DNA of 64,000 nucleotides from an uncultured Dehalococcoidia bacterium (GTDB lineage: Bacteria > Chloroflexota > Dehalococcoidia > Lucifugimonadales > UBA3495). Shown piece after piece: positions 63,031-64,000 of the stretch; positions within the stretch are counted from its first letter, which is position 1; each line of letters opens with the position of its first letter. A model generated the notes under the pieces. That model saw nothing but the letters and a program-made list of their open reading frames with translations. It was not told where the DNA came from and made no database searches. The position numbers were made by a program, and so were the translations under genes. Location of the stretch: positions 1-64,000 of the forward strand of contig CATMOE010000004.1 of NCBI GenBank assembly GCA_950072105.1, in the 5' to 3' direction.

Positions 63031-63648
63031 ATGATTCCCGGGGGTAGACCATTGAACGGATCCCAGCCGCAAGACAGCTATATTACCCGCGTACGGTACG
63101 TGGCAATGTTGCCTGGTGAAAAGCTGACCCACGTCTTCTCCCCGGCCACGGGATTTTCCCGAGAGCCTCCGGTTAGCGGGCATGTGCTGGTCACCACCAG
63201 CCAGAGGATTCTGGCCTTCTCCAATGAAGATGGGAATGACGAGACGCATATCGTGCCGGTGGAGGAACTGAGCGGAGTCGTGGTTAAAACCGTATCCCGC
63301 AACTCGGGGTCGTTGGTTCAGGGGATCTTCCTGGTTGTGGGTGGTTTATTTGTCTATGTGATTGCCGCGTTTTGGCTTGCCGGGCGGGTCGATTTACCAA
63401 ACGTGCCCATCATAAATATGGACTTGGGGGCTATCGGGGTCTTGATAGCCATCTTTGCCGGCGTCTTGCTCATCTGGAATTTCTACCGAAGCAATGAGTC
63501 TGGCTCGGTGACCTTCCAAGGCACGAACTGGGTGTTTAGCTTCCCGTACGAGAGTGAGGGGGCCAGGGAACAAGTCTATCGAATGGTGAATACGGTGTTC
63601 GTTGCCCGCCGGTCGGTTAACGGCGGTCCGCCGATGACCCCTGAGTGA
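63031..63648 (+). CDS. Hypothetical membrane protein (PH-like beta region + 2 TM helices)
   Basis: LV.T.QRIL.F pattern and two hydrophobic segments; start uncertain. Confidence 0.65.
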   Translation: MIPGGRPLNGSQPQDSYITRVRYVAMLPGEKLTHVFSPATGFSREPPVSGHVLVTTSQRILAFSNEDGNDETHIVPVEELSGVVVKTVSRNSGSLVQGIFLVVGGLFVYVIAAFWLAGRVDLPNVPIINMDLGAIGVLIAIFAGVLLIWNFYRSNESGSVTFQGTNWVFSFPYESEGAREQVYRMVNTVFVARRSVNGGPPMTPE

Positions 63649-63694
63649 TTCTTTGCACGAATCAGTGCTACCAAGATGGGATCTATCGGGGAAA

Positions 63695-64000
63695 TTAACC
63701 CAGGGATAGCCCGGGATCGATGTCCAACTCCAACCCGTACTGCTGGCCGCGCTGGTACTGGTAGTAGGCGCAAGCGGCGATCATTGCCCCATTATCGGTA
63801 CACAATATCGGGGGCGGGATAATCACCGGCAGAGGCGAGCGCTTGATTATCTCTTGGCGCAACCGCGTGTTGGCGGTGACTCCGCCGCCCAGGACCAGTC
63901 CTTTGGCATGGTAACGCTTAGCGGCGTCCACCAACTTGGCGGAGATCACATCCACCACCGACTCTTGGAAAGCCGCAGCCATCTCCCGCACCAACCGTGC
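63695..64000 (-). CDS. tsaD: tRNA t6A37 threonylcarbamoyltransferase, 3' end (partial)
   Basis: AA.FQ..VV, GGV.AN..LR, P...LCTDNGAMIA. Confidence 0.93.
   Translation of the reverse strand, partial: ARLVREMAAAFQESVVDVISAKLVDAAKRYHAKGLVLGGGVTANTRLRQEIIKRSPLPVIIPPPILCTDNGAMIAACAYYQYQRGQQYGLELDIDPGLSLG

Overview
Mostly GC-rich core chromosome. The gene content (F420/LLM oxidoreductases, GMC oxidoreductase, translin, PaREP1-like protein, T-box, GlnRS next to GluRS) suggests Chloroflexota, probably Dehalococcoidia/SAR202-like; this is inference only. The left end (1-~1622) is the terminus of an integrated element. Its large serine recombinase ends exactly at an unannotated 31-codon 5' fragment of comM/yifB on the minus strand (1715->1623), so the element appears to have split comM, and the recombinase stop codon lies on the junction. 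The rest holds housekeeping genes (polA, uvrC, xerD, rarA, argH, rpe, folB/K/P, queG, mtaB, tsaD, gltX, glnS, lspA, rluD, fumC, ilvB with a T-box, an orphan groEL) and many catabolic enzymes. Unusual items: an AhpD-like domain fused to a primase-type winged helix, a translin + RNase Z-like gene pair, a GAF kinase with a degenerate ATPase domain, LspA with a Zn-ribbon tail, an HTH-Zn finger protein, and several families of intergenic palindromic or heptamer repeats, one of them nested. All calls come from motif reading; no searches were run.
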